Assembly: GCA_046160105.1 (NCBI GenBank)
Contig: JBJXGT010000009.1
Location: 27,350-91,349, forward strand
Direction of reading: 5' to 3'
Source: Gemmatimonadales bacterium
Lineage (GTDB): Bacteria; Gemmatimonadota; Gemmatimonadetes; Gemmatimonadales; GWC2-71-9
DNA: 64,000 bases
The notes beneath the pieces were generated by a model. That model worked only from the letters and a program-made list of their open reading frames with translations, had not been told where the DNA came from and searched no databases. Positions 28,609-39,967 of this stretch are shown here, in pieces; the first letter of the stretch is position 1; each line of letters starts with the position of its first letter. A program made the translations under genes and the position numbers.

Positions 28609-30387
28609 CTAGTCGGGCGGGGCGAACAGCGAGTCGTATTCCCGCGTCGCCAGGAGAGCATCCACTCGGGTCGCGATCCGTGTCATCAGCGCCGGATCTG
28701 CCTGGCGGTACTCGGTCCCCACCGAGACGAATCCCGACGAGCCGGATGCGATCGCCGACACGGTGATGACCTTGCCGTCGATCTTCACCCTGCGCTGATA
28801 GCTGCCCGGCTCGTCGTCCAACCGTTCGGCGGCGAACTCCCTAACCAGAACCTCTACCAGCGTGTCGCGGAGCGGCGTCCCGGCCGGCCGGAGGTTGTAG
28901 GAGGCATACTCGCCCGGCTTGCCGACGGTGAGATCGCCGCGGTAGGCGACTGGCACGAACCCCGTCCGCTCGACCAGCCGGTCGGCCCCAGCCGCCCGTC
29001 GCCACTCGAAATGGTGGGCGACCCAGCCGGGTTCGAGGTCGGCATGCTGGTTGTACCGCATCCGCCGCCGGTCGATCGGAATCTGGTATGAAGCATTCGC
29101 GCGGTAGTCCGTCACCCCCAACACCGGCGTCTCCTCCGATCCCCCGTGGGCCAGCCAAACCACGCTCCGCTCATCCGGCGACAGGCCAATCAGCCCGGGG
29201 GTATCGAGGGGGTAGATCCCCTCCGGGTCCTCGAGTGGGTACATGGCTCGGTTCCGGGTGTCGAGGATTCGGTTGCCGAGATCGTACAGGCCGGGCCGGG
29301 AAAACGTCTGATGGTCGATCCAGCCCCGCGCCGTTGTCCGCCGACGGGTCGAACGAAACAGCGCCGCATCGGCCGTGATTAGCTTCGCGTCGCTCAAGCT
29401 GCCGCCGTTGCCGAGGGCGCGGGGGCGGGTGGAGTCGCCCTCGGAGGCGATCAGGTAGAGGTGGTTGCCCGCGGTCTGGGTCAGGAGAGCGGGCGATTCG
29501 CCAGGAAGAACCGCCACGCCGTCGATCTCCCCGTCAACGACGATCGGCTGGTTGCCGATCGCGATCTGGAACGTGGAGCTCGAGGCCAGCGCCTCCGACT
29601 CGGCGGCCTGGAAGAAATAACCCGAGATGGTTGTGACCACGAACGGGCCGATGGTGTCGGTCCGAAGCGGCTCGCTCCGACGAAGGATTCGAAACCGATA
29701 GCGAAATCCATCGGGCAGGGGCGGGCTCCCCGGGCGAGCCCGGGGCAGCCATTCGCTCCAGCGCTGCTGATCTGGGCCGGGGTGGCCAGGTAGCGGCACC
29801 TCGAAACCGGCCAACTGTTGCTCACCGACGCCGAGAAGCAGAACTCGCTTGCTGCGGCTGGTGAACACCGGGGCCGCTCCGGGAACGCGCCAGCGGCCAT
29901 CGGACAGGCGTGCGTCGGCGGTGAAGAGGATCCCGGCTTCGCTCTTCCGCATCACTCCGCTACTGGAGGCGCCCAGTCGCGCGTAGCCGAGTCCGGGGAG
30001 GGTCCGGGGATCCCCGGCACCGGCCGGCCACTCAAGCTCGAAGGTGAGGAATAACTGGTCGCCGTCGATCTCGGGCGGAATGTCGGCCAGGAGCCGGGCG
30101 ACGCCGCCGATCGCGCCGATCGTGCCGAGCAGGATGCCCGAGGCGATCGCCAGGCTCTTGAGAAATCCGGGGTCGGGGCTGCCCGCGGCCAGCCGCGCCG
30201 TGGCCAGTCCGAGAATCGCGCCGACCAGGCCGGCGAGGAGCGCGAGCCCAACGACGAAGTATCCGGCGCCACCCTCGAAAGAGGAGATCCGATACCACTC
30301 GACCGCGAGGCCAGCGACCAGTCCGCCGACGACCAGCCCGACGATCCCGGTCAGGACCGAGACCGCGATCGACGCCGGCCAACTCAC
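28609..30387 (-). CDS. Hypothetical membrane protein (about 4 N-terminal TM helices plus about 470-aa uncharacterised domain)
   Basis: GTG 30387 overlaps the MBL gene stop (GTGA). N-terminus VSWPASIAVSVLTGIVGLVVGGLVAGLAVEWY..., further Gly/Ala-rich helices, then a non-repetitive soluble domain. No family recognised. The upstream 127 codons of the track ORF are a shadow of the MBL gene. Confidence 0.6.
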   Translation of the reverse strand: MSWPASIAVSVLTGIVGLVVGGLVAGLAVEWYRISSFEGGAGYFVVGLALLAGLVGAILGLATARLAAGSPDPGFLKSLAIASGILLGTIGAIGGVARLLADIPPEIDGDQLFLTFELEWPAGAGDPRTLPGLGYARLGASSSGVMRKSEAGILFTADARLSDGRWRVPGAAPVFTSRSKRVLLLGVGEQQLAGFEVPLPGHPGPDQQRWSEWLPRARPGSPPLPDGFRYRFRILRRSEPLRTDTIGPFVVTTISGYFFQAAESEALASSSTFQIAIGNQPIVVDGEIDGVAVLPGESPALLTQTAGNHLYLIASEGDSTRPRALGNGGSLSDAKLITADAALFRSTRRRTTARGWIDHQTFSRPGLYDLGNRILDTRNRAMYPLEDPEGIYPLDTPGLIGLSPDERSVVWLAHGGSEETPVLGVTDYRANASYQIPIDRRRMRYNQHADLEPGWVAHHFEWRRAAGADRLVERTGFVPVAYRGDLTVGKPGEYASYNLRPAGTPLRDTLVEVLVREFAAERLDDEPGSYQRRVKIDGKVITVSAIASGSSGFVSVGTEYRQADPALMTRIATRVDALLATREYDSLFAPPD

Positions 30388-31232
30388 CGCAGATGCCAGA
30401 CGACGCCGTCCCAGTCCTCCGGATCGGCACCGCCCCAGCGAGCCACGGTACCGGCCGCCTCCAGCGCCAGCAGATGGGCCCGGAGCGAGAGAGCGGCCGC
30501 GGGATGAAGGGCGGGGTCGGTATCGTGGTAGATCCGGCCCACCAGCTCGGGAATGCGCTGGGGCCCCGAGCCTAACGCTTCGACCGCCTGGCGGGTGCGA
30601 GCCTCCCGGTGGGCGATGAGCTCGCGGATCCGGTCGTAGGGCGCCGCGATGGCCGGACCGTGCGCCGGGTACGCGACGGCCAGGTTCTCGATCGCGAGGA
30701 GCCGGTCGAGCGAGTCGAGGTAGGCCACCAGGTCGCCCTCGGGCGGCGCAATGATCGAGGTCGACCACCCCATCACCACGTCGCCGGGGAAGAGGGCCCT
30801 TTCCTCCTCCAACACGAACGCGAGGTGATCGGGGAGGTGCCCTGGCGTATGCAGCGCGGTCAGGTGGAATCCGGCCGCCACGATCTGGTCGCCGTCACGT
30901 AACCCCAGGTTGGTGATGAAGCCGGGATGGCTGCCGAAGAATCCGATTGGCGCCCCGACCCGGTTGGCCACCCGCCGGGCCAGCGGCCAGTGATCGGGGT
31001 GGCCGTGGCTGGGAATCACCGCGACGACACGAGCGGCGCCGACCGCCGCCGCGATTCGATCGAGGTGACCGTCGTCGCGATCCTCGCCCGGGTCGAGAAT
31101 GACGACCTCGGTGGTGCCGATCAGATGGGTGTTGGTCCCCGGTCCGGCGAAAAGGCCGGGGTTGTTTTGAGTGATCCGTCGGACCAAGGGAGAGAGCGGG
31201 ACCACCTCGCCGTAGACGATCGGAGCGGTCAC
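30384..31232 (-). CDS. MBL-fold metallo-hydrolase (LACTB2/glyoxalase-II-like)
   Basis: GTG 31232 overlaps the NUDIX stop (GTGA). H-x-H-x-D-H motif (SHGHPDH), HTPGH, and a C-terminal winged-helix-like tail. Confidence 0.85.
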   Translation of the reverse strand: MTAPIVYGEVVPLSPLVRRITQNNPGLFAGPGTNTHLIGTTEVVILDPGEDRDDGHLDRIAAAVGAARVVAVIPSHGHPDHWPLARRVANRVGAPIGFFGSHPGFITNLGLRDGDQIVAAGFHLTALHTPGHLPDHLAFVLEEERALFPGDVVMGWSTSIIAPPEGDLVAYLDSLDRLLAIENLAVAYPAHGPAIAAPYDRIRELIAHREARTRQAVEALGSGPQRIPELVGRIYHDTDPALHPAAALSLRAHLLALEAAGTVARWGGADPEDWDGVVWHLR

Positions 31233-32071
31233 GGCACGAAGAGTCGCTCGAAGGCATCGCGATCGACGCGACGGAGGTCGCTCTCGGCGACGTCGTAGCC
31301 ATCGTCGCCGGGAAGGACGACCCGACCGCGATAGACCTTCGGCTGATTGGCGGGAAGCGGGATGGGCTGGGTGGACGCCCACGCGACGGCCGCGGCGGCG
31401 GTGGGGTGAGGCGCCAGGGCCCGGAGATTCATCAGGGTCGGGAAGATGATCATCCACTCTCGCCGCACGGCCCGTTCGATGGCCTCCGCCGGGGAGACCC
31501 AGGCCGAGTCGGTGAGCTCCCAGTCGTCGTGTCCGGCGATCTGGCCGGCGGGCGCCTCGGTGACGAAGAACCGGGTATCGTAGCGACGGGGCTCGCCGAC
31601 CGGGGTGATCCAATGGGACCAGTATCCGATCCGGTCGGTGGCGAGCCGAAGATCCTCGGCGCTGACGATGTCGGCGAGGCCGAGCGTGCCGGCGTTGAGG
31701 TCGTCGCGGTAGCGCCGATACTTGGCGTCCACCGAGGGGTCGCCGAAATCGAGCAGCGCTCCGGTGCGGTCGTAGGCGAGCAAGACGCCGGCCTCTTCGA
31801 AACACTCCCGAACCGCGGCGACGAAATGGGCCAGACCACCGCCGGTGAGGCCGAGGCGCCGGCTCGCGTTCGGTTCGTCCAGGCCGGCACAGCGCACCGG
31901 GTCGAAGGCGTCGCCTGGGTCGACCCGCCCGCCCGGGAAGACGTACGCGCCACCCACGAACCCCGATTCGAGATGGCGTCGCTCCATGAATACTTCGACG
32001 CCGGACGGGGCGTCTCGCACCAAGAGGATGGTCGAGGCGAGCCGGAGCTCGGGGTCAGGCGTGACGGTCAT
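31229..32071 (-). CDS. NUDIX hydrolase with C-terminal extension
   Basis: FPGGRVDPGD...AAVRECFEEAGVLL (Nudix box with a long insert), then ...RRYDTRFFVTEAP...WVSPAEA.... Confidence 0.8.
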   Translation of the reverse strand: MTVTPDPELRLASTILLVRDAPSGVEVFMERRHLESGFVGGAYVFPGGRVDPGDAFDPVRCAGLDEPNASRRLGLTGGGLAHFVAAVRECFEEAGVLLAYDRTGALLDFGDPSVDAKYRRYRDDLNAGTLGLADIVSAEDLRLATDRIGYWSHWITPVGEPRRYDTRFFVTEAPAGQIAGHDDWELTDSAWVSPAEAIERAVRREWMIIFPTLMNLRALAPHPTAAAAVAWASTQPIPLPANQPKVYRGRVVLPGDDGYDVAESDLRRVDRDAFERLFVP

Positions 32072-32156
32072 GGTGGCGATGCAAAGCTACCTCCGGGATT
32101 CGACGCGCCGCGACCCTCGCCTCCCGGCCGCGCGGCGCTCGGCCCGCCATGCCTGG

Positions 32157-34004
32157 TTAGCGCCGCTTCGGGCCGAAGGCGAGCAGCACGTTTCCCGGCA
32201 TCTGTCCAAAGAGGGCATACCCGGAGCTGACGAACACCATCCCGCCGGCGACCGTGGGACCGGGTCCGTCGATGGCGCCGCCCCGGGCCGTGACTCCATT
32301 GACCGTGGGAAACGTCTGGGCGGTATCGAACGCCCAGAGCAGGCGACCGTCGTCGCTGGCGTAGGCCCGCAGCCAGCCGTCGAGCCCGCCCACCAACACC
32401 GCGCCGGGGATCACCACCGGGGCGGCGGAGTAGGCCGCGAAGCAGCCCATCCGGCCGCTGCAGGGTGGGGCGGGCTGGTGCCAGATCGGTGCCCCGGTGG
32501 CGAGGTCGAGTGCATGGAGGCCGGGCCGGGCCGGTCCCCCCGAATCGGTCGGGGTGAGGCGATCGGAGACCGGGGCGAATACCCGCCCCAACCCCGCGGC
32601 CACCCCCCAATGGATTCCGCCTAACGCCCCGCCGCGGCCGACTCGGGTTTGCCACAGAACGGCGCCCCGGCGGTCGGGGTCGAGGGCGTGGACCACCCCG
32701 GCCTTCTGCCCGGCGACCAGAATCTCTCGACCGTCGGCGAGGGTGACGAGCAACGGGGCCTGGCCGAAGTCGATGTCCCGGCCATGGGGGGTCGGGCAGT
32801 TGGCCCCCTTTTGGACTCCGCACGCCATGTTCCACGCGTCGCGTTCGGTGGCCTGAAACGACCAGGCGAGGGCACCAGTCGCCAGATCGAGGGCGAGGAT
32901 GGCGTCACTGGTCGTGGTGGTGGGGTGGCTGTAGTTCTCGCCGGTGCCGACATAGAGGAGGCCGCGCCGCGGGTCGACGGTGGGGCTCGACCACACCGGC
33001 GCGCCGGCCGGCCCGAAGATCGGTTGGCCGGTCCGGCCGGTGTCCGTTTGAGTGGCCTCCGCCGCGATGACCCGGTGGCGCCAACGGACCGCCCCGGTCG
33101 CGAGGTCGAGGGCCACCACCGCGCCAGACGAGGTGCAGCATCGGTAGCCGGGATTCGCCGCCGCCACCACCTCCATCGAGGACAGCGGGACGAAGACCCG
33201 GCCGCCATGAATCACCGGCGAACCGGTGACGTTGTTGGCGGGGTGGTCGGTGACAGCGGTCTTCCAGCGGAGCTGGCCGGTGGCCAAATCGAGCGCCACG
33301 ACCGTGCCGCGGAAGTCCGCCGCCACCGCGAGGCGCTGGCCATTGTCGTTCGGCGGACCGATGGCGACGACCCCCTTCACCGCGGCGTCACCTTCGTAGG
33401 TCCAGCGGATGCAGCCGGTCGCGGCGTCGAGCGCGGAGACCTCGCCGTACTGGCCCCCGACGATCAGCAGATCGCCCGCCACGGTCGGTTGGGACCGAGT
33501 CACCGTGCCGTCCGGGAACCCGAACGCCCAACGGAGCTCGAGCTCGGGCACCTCGGTGGCGGTGAGGCCCGCCTGCTCCGCGGTCCGAAATCCGGTGCCA
33601 CGGGGCGACCCGGACCAGGCGGTCCAGTCGGTGGGCGCCGGGGCTGGCGATTTCCCGCCGCGCTGACTGCAGTACGCGCTGGCCGGCATCACGGCCGGCG
33701 TGAGCTTCCGGCGGGTCAGGAACTCGGCCACCGCGACGCGATCCTCGTCCGGCAGCGCGGCCGCGACCTCTCGCATCGACCCCTTGGTAAGGGCCGCGTA
33801 GATCGCCCGGGGCGTCATCGCCGAGAGCGACGCGACGAGGGGCGCCCGGACGGAACCGTCGCCCTCGTGGCAACTGGCGCAGTGCGCTCGATAGACGACG
33901 GGCCCCCGCGGTTGGGCCGCGGCGGGCGCCGCCAGGCCTAGGGAGACCGTGACGATCGGCAGCCACCTGGTTGCGGGGAAGCGCGCTCGCGAGGATCGAG
34001 TCAT
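32157..34004 (-). CDS. PQQ-type beta-propeller dehydrogenase with N-terminal cytochrome c domain (quinohaemoprotein, PVA-dehydrogenase-like)
   Basis: Signal MTRSSRARFPATRWLPIVTVSLGLAAPAAAQ. Haem motif CASCH. Repeated Trp-containing propeller blades (LRWKT, VRWRH, LAWSF, VLWQT, PIWHQ, LLWAF). Confidence 0.75.
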   Translation of the reverse strand: MTRSSRARFPATRWLPIVTVSLGLAAPAAAQPRGPVVYRAHCASCHEGDGSVRAPLVASLSAMTPRAIYAALTKGSMREVAAALPDEDRVAVAEFLTRRKLTPAVMPASAYCSQRGGKSPAPAPTDWTAWSGSPRGTGFRTAEQAGLTATEVPELELRWAFGFPDGTVTRSQPTVAGDLLIVGGQYGEVSALDAATGCIRWTYEGDAAVKGVVAIGPPNDNGQRLAVAADFRGTVVALDLATGQLRWKTAVTDHPANNVTGSPVIHGGRVFVPLSSMEVVAAANPGYRCCTSSGAVVALDLATGAVRWRHRVIAAEATQTDTGRTGQPIFGPAGAPVWSSPTVDPRRGLLYVGTGENYSHPTTTTSDAILALDLATGALAWSFQATERDAWNMACGVQKGANCPTPHGRDIDFGQAPLLVTLADGREILVAGQKAGVVHALDPDRRGAVLWQTRVGRGGALGGIHWGVAAGLGRVFAPVSDRLTPTDSGGPARPGLHALDLATGAPIWHQPAPPCSGRMGCFAAYSAAPVVIPGAVLVGGLDGWLRAYASDDGRLLWAFDTAQTFPTVNGVTARGGAIDGPGPTVAGGMVFVSSGYALFGQMPGNVLLAFGPKRR

Positions 34005-34135
34005 CAGGGCGGCTCGGGTTCGAGGGAGGCGATCGGACCAGATGGAAGCTAACTCTACAACTCCCCGCCGGCCTCCCCCAACGCGTCCCCTTGACGGGTC
34101 TACCGGTCGGGAGTGAAGGTTCCCCAACGGTAACC

Positions 34136-34987
34136 ATGACCCCCGACTCGCCCGACCTGCCCGAGCCCTCGCGGCTGACCCGGCTCGGGTACAGCGGTCC
34201 GTTGCTCGAGGTCGATGCCCGCCAATGGCAGGGCGACCACGTCGCGTCGCGTACCGAGCGGGTCATCGAAGAGATCCCGGTGGTGCTGGTCTACAATCAG
34301 ATCCCCCACGTCGTCATGATGGCCACCCCCTCCGACCTCGAGGATTTCGCCCTGGGCTTCAGCATCACCGAGGAACTGGTTCGCTCGCCGGCGGATCTCT
34401 TGGGTGTCGAGACCGTGGCCTACAGCCGCGGCATCGAGCTGCAGATCCGGGTCCCCGCCGAGTGTCAGGCCGTGATCGAGACGCGGACTCGGCGGCTGAC
34501 GGGCCGGACCGGCTGCGGGATTTGCGGGAGCGACAGTATCGACGCGGTGCTCAAGTCGGCCCGCCGGGTCGAACCGGGGCAACCGGTGGCGCCGGCGGCG
34601 ATCCGGCGGGCCCTGCGATCGATCGGACCGGGTCAACTTCTCAACGAGGCGTCTGGCGCGGTGCACGCGGCGGCATGGGTGGGTTTGGACGGCTCGATCG
34701 GCATGGTTCGCGAGGACGTTGGCCGGCACAACGCCCTCGACAAACTGGTCGGCGGGTGTCTCGCCGCCGCGGTGGATCCTCGGGGCGGGTTCGTGGTGGT
34801 CACCAGCCGGGCGAGCTTCGAGATGGTCCAGAAGGCCACCGTGCTCGGCGCCTCTCTTCTCGTGGCGATGTCGGGGCCGACCGCGTTGGCCGTTCGGCTC
34901 GCCGACGAGGCCGGCGTCTGCCTGGTCGGCTTCGCTCGGGAGGGCCGGTTCACCGCCTACACCCACCCCGAGCGGATCCTCGGCTGA
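34136..34987 (+). CDS. fdhD: Formate dehydrogenase accessory sulfurtransferase FdhD
   Basis: Segments ...EIPVVLVYN...MATPSDLEDFALGF...GRTGCGICG...DVGRHNALDKL...VVTSRASFEMVQKA.... Convergent with the FDH operon (9-nt gap). Confidence 0.9.
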   Translation: MTPDSPDLPEPSRLTRLGYSGPLLEVDARQWQGDHVASRTERVIEEIPVVLVYNQIPHVVMMATPSDLEDFALGFSITEELVRSPADLLGVETVAYSRGIELQIRVPAECQAVIETRTRRLTGRTGCGICGSDSIDAVLKSARRVEPGQPVAPAAIRRALRSIGPGQLLNEASGAVHAAAWVGLDGSIGMVREDVGRHNALDKLVGGCLAAAVDPRGGFVVVTSRASFEMVQKATVLGASLLVAMSGPTALAVRLADEAGVCLVGFAREGRFTAYTHPERILG

Positions 34988-34996
34988 AGCGGCGGG

Positions 34997-35943
34997 CTAT
35001 CCGGCCTTCTTGGGGGGCCGGTTCTGGACGTACTGCCAGCCAAACCGACCCTTGATGCAGAGATTGCCTAACGTAACGTCGTGGTCGAGCGGCGAGGTGA
35101 CCTTGACGATGTCGTTGTCCTGGACGTGCAGCTCCAGGTTGCAGCCGACGCCGCAGTAGGGGCAGACCGTTTGGGTCACCGTCTGGCGCGACTCGTCCCA
35201 GGTGCCCGTCGCCCGACGATCGTGCTCCGTCTTGAACATCAGCGCGCCGGTGGGACACACGGCGATGCAGTTGCCGCAATAGACGCAGGCGGATGACGGC
35301 AGCTCGACCGCGAACTCCGTCGAGATCCTGGCGTCGAACCCCCGTCCCGCGACGGTCAGGGCGAAGGTGTTCTGGTGGTCGGTGCCGCAGGCTTGGACGC
35401 ATTTGTAGCAGAGGATGCACTTCCCGTAGCTCCGGACGTACAACTCGTTGTCGAGCTTGGTGGGTTGCGCCACCGTCGCCCGGAACCCGGGCTCGACGGC
35501 TTGGTGGTGGCCGGGTTGCAACCCATCCCGGTATCCGGCGGGCGCCGGCGGGGCCGGTGGCCCGTATCGTTCGGGCCGGGCCGAGTATTCTCCCATCCAC
35601 CGGTCCACGTCGGGCGTGGTCGAGAGGTCGACCGACGAGCCGAGGAACTCGAGCACCATCCGTCGACTGTGGTTGACCCGGTCGGAGTTGGTCTTGACTA
35701 CCATCCCCGGCTCGACCTTGCGGGAGCAGGAAGGGACCAGGACTCGGGATCCCTCGACCTCTACCACGCAGACCCGGCAGACGTTGACGGGGTGCAGGGT
35801 GTCGAGGTAGCAGAGGGTCGGAATCTCGGTGCCAAGCGCTCGGCACGCGTCGAGGATCGTGGCACCCTCGGTGGCCTCGACCGGGGCGCCGTCGATCGTC
35901 AGGCTCACGGTGCGCCGAGGCGGCGCAAGCTGCACCATCGTGG

Positions 35944-35947
<4 letters not shown>
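34997..35947 (-). CDS. Fe-S subunit equal to the N-terminal cluster domain of FDH alpha/NuoG (2Fe-2S, 4Fe-4S clusters, Mo-enzyme Fe4S4 domain), stand-alone 316 aa
   Basis: ATG 35947 overlaps the upstream stop (ATGA). N-terminus MTTMVQLAPPRRTVSLTIDG. Motifs CYLD...CRVCVVEV...SC (2Fe-2S), CILCYKCVQAC and CVYCGNCIAVCP (ferredoxin type), and CPYCGVGCNLELHV...LCIKGRFGW (Mo-oxidoreductase Fe4S4 domain). It then stops. Confidence 0.85.
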
Positions 35948-37827
<1,880 letters not shown>

Positions 37828-37840
37828 GGGCGTCCGATCG

Positions 37841-39757
37841 TTAGGCGGTCACGGCGGCGGCCGCGGCGATCGGCTCGATCCTCACGGCGCACGCCTTGAA
37901 CTCGGCGGTGCCCGACTTCGGGTCGACCGCGTCGATGGTCAGGACGTTGGTCTTGACCTGGTCCTGGAAGTGGAGGGTCATGAAAACGAGCCCCGCCCGG
38001 AGCGACCGATCGATGCGGATCGGAGCGACCACCGACCCCCGTCGCGAGGTGACCCGGACCGGGTCGCCGTCGGCCACCCCGAGGCGGAGGGCGTCCTCCG
38101 GCGACATGTCGACCGACTCCCCCCGGCGGAGGGGCGACGTGTACCCGCTGGTCTGGACGCCGGTATTGTACGACTCCAGTCGCCGGCCGGTGGTGAGCTG
38201 GAACGGGTACTCGGCGTCCGGCATTTCGACCGGGGGATCGTGCTCCACCACGCTGAACGGCGCGGCGGCGCCGCCGCGGGGTTGCTCCCAGAGCCGGGCG
38301 TGGAGGAACTGCTCGCCGGGATGTTGCTCATCGGGGCAGGGCCATCGGAGGCCGCCTTCCTTGTCGAGGCGGGCATAGCTCATTCCGGCCACCATCGGGG
38401 CCAGCGACCGAACCTCGTTCCAGACCTCCTCGGCGGATGGGTTTCCCCAATCGTGTCCCATCCGGCGGGCGATCTCCGCGATGATCCAGCGATCATCGCG
38501 GGCGTCGAACGGAGGCTCCAGGGCCTTGCGAACCCGCTGGACCCGCCGCTCGCTGTTGGTCACGGTCCCTTCCGACTCGCACCAACTGGACGACGCGGGC
38601 AACACCACCGTGGCGAGCTCCGCGGTCCGGGTCAGGAAGATGTCCTGGACGACCAGGTGATCGAGGCCGGTCAACAGGCGCTCGGTCCGGTGCTGGTCGG
38701 CCTCGGATTGGGCGGGATTCTCGCCGATCGCGTAGACCGCCCGGATCTCCCCGTGTGCCATCCCTTCGAACATCTGCGACAGGTTGCGCCCGTACTTCGG
38801 CTCGAGCGTCGTGCCCCAGGCCCGTTCGAACTTGGCGCGGACCGCGGCATCCTTGGTCCAGTCCTGGAAACCCGCCAGCCGATTCGGAATGGCCCCCATG
38901 TCCCCGCCGCCTTGGACGTTGTTCTGACCCCGAAGCGGGTTGAGTCCCGAGCCGTAGCGCCCGACGTGGCCGGTGAGGAGCGCCAGGTTGATCAGGCTGA
39001 GGACGTTGTCGACCGCATTGTGATGCTCGGTGATGCCTAACGTCCAGCAGATGACCGCCCGATCGGCTCGGGCGTAAGCCAGCGCCGCCCGCTCGATGAC
39101 GTCGGCCGGCACCCCGGTGGTGCGCTCGGCGTAGTCGAGGGTGTACCGCTCGACCGCGGCGCGATACTCGGCGAACCCCTCGGTCGCGTTGGCGATGAAG
39201 GCCTCATTGGCGAGGCCGGCGTGGATGATGACCCGGGCCATCGCGTTGGCCAAGGCAATGTCGGTGCCCACCTGGAGGCCGAGCCACTCGTCGGCCCATT
39301 GGGCGGTCGCGGTCCGGCGCGGGTCCATCGCGTAGACCTTGGCCCCGCGACGGATCGCTTTGAGCACGTGGTGGAAGAAGATCGGGTGATTTTCCCGGGC
39401 GTTCGCGCCCCAGAGGAAGACGACGTCGGTCTCTTCCACTTCCTGATACGAGCTGGTGCCGCCACCGGCACCGAACACCGTCGCCAGACCGACGACGCTA
39501 GGGGCGTGTCACGTACGGTTGCAGCTGTCGACGTTGTGGTTGCCGAACACCACCCGGGTCAGCTTGGAGGCCAGGAAGTTCATTTCGTTGCTGGCCTTCG
39601 AGCAGCTCATGGTCGCCAGGGCATTGGCACCGTGGGCCGACTTGGCGGCGGCGAATCCGGCGGCGGCACGGTCGAGCGCCTCGTCCCAGCTGGCCGGTCT
39701 GAGCGCACCGTTGTCGCGCACCATCGGTTGGGTCAACCGATTGAGCGGCTTGGACAT
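37841..39757 (-). CDS. fdhA: Formate dehydrogenase catalytic (Mo/W-bisPGD) subunit lacking the N-terminal Fe-S domain; contains in-frame TGA (selenocysteine) at 39509-39511
   Basis: Join of track ORFs 39509..39817 and 37841..39478 (same frame, only the TGA between them). ATG 39757 preceded by GGAGG. Read-through gives ...FGNHNVDSCNRT-U-HAPSVVGLATVFGAGGGTS...DVVFLWGANARENHPIF..., collinear with E. coli FdhF ...NNVDCCARV-U-HGPSVAGL.... Confidence 0.8.
39480..39496 (-). promoter_or_regulatory. SECIS-like hairpin downstream of the UGA codon
   Basis: mRNA reads UGA CAC GCC CCU AGC GUC GUC GGU CUG GCG ACG. GUCGUC/GGCGAC pair (6 bp, one G-U) around a GGUCU loop. The GGU CUG codons are in the same register after the UGA as the GGUC loop of the E. 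coli fdhF SECIS. Confidence 0.6.
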
Positions 39758-39792
39758 ACGACCTCCGATTCTGAGTGTTGCCCCCCAAAGAT

Positions 39793-39920
39793 GCCGCCGG
39801 GTTACCCGAGGGCGCAAGCGGAGCGGGTCGGGCGATTCGCTCCGTCGTCAGCGCTCGGCACCGGCCCTCGGGTTGAACCGCGCCGCCTGGGGAAGCGATC
39901 AACACCGGTCCCCCGGCGGC
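39793..39920 (-). promoter_or_regulatory. Structured 5' leader of the FDH operon (candidate riboswitch, class unassigned)
   Basis: Nested perfect inverted repeats. gccgccggg (39793-39801) pairs with cccggcggc (39912-39920). cccgagggc (39805-39813) pairs with gccctcggg (39864-39872). Inner hairpin gcggagcg (39818-39825) pairs with cgctccgt (38-45 of 398xx). An AT-rich ATATAC box lies just upstream (39921-39930 region). Confidence 0.35.
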
Positions 39921-39967
39921 CGTATATTTGGGGCGTCCTTTCCGACCCCGTGCCCAGGAACCACCTC

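Noticed and set aside
30388-31805. Long N-terminal extensions of track ORFs 28609..30768 and 30384..31805
   Set aside because: The extensions overlap the upstream genes in another frame and are R/P/G-rich. In-frame GTG codons forming GTGA overlaps with the upstream stops give sensible N-termini.
39221-39967. 249-codon N-terminal extension of the M14 peptidase ORF overlapping the FDH catalytic gene
   Set aside because: The extension is R/G/H-rich and antisense to a strongly supported FDH frame. A canonical signal peptide begins at ATG 39968.
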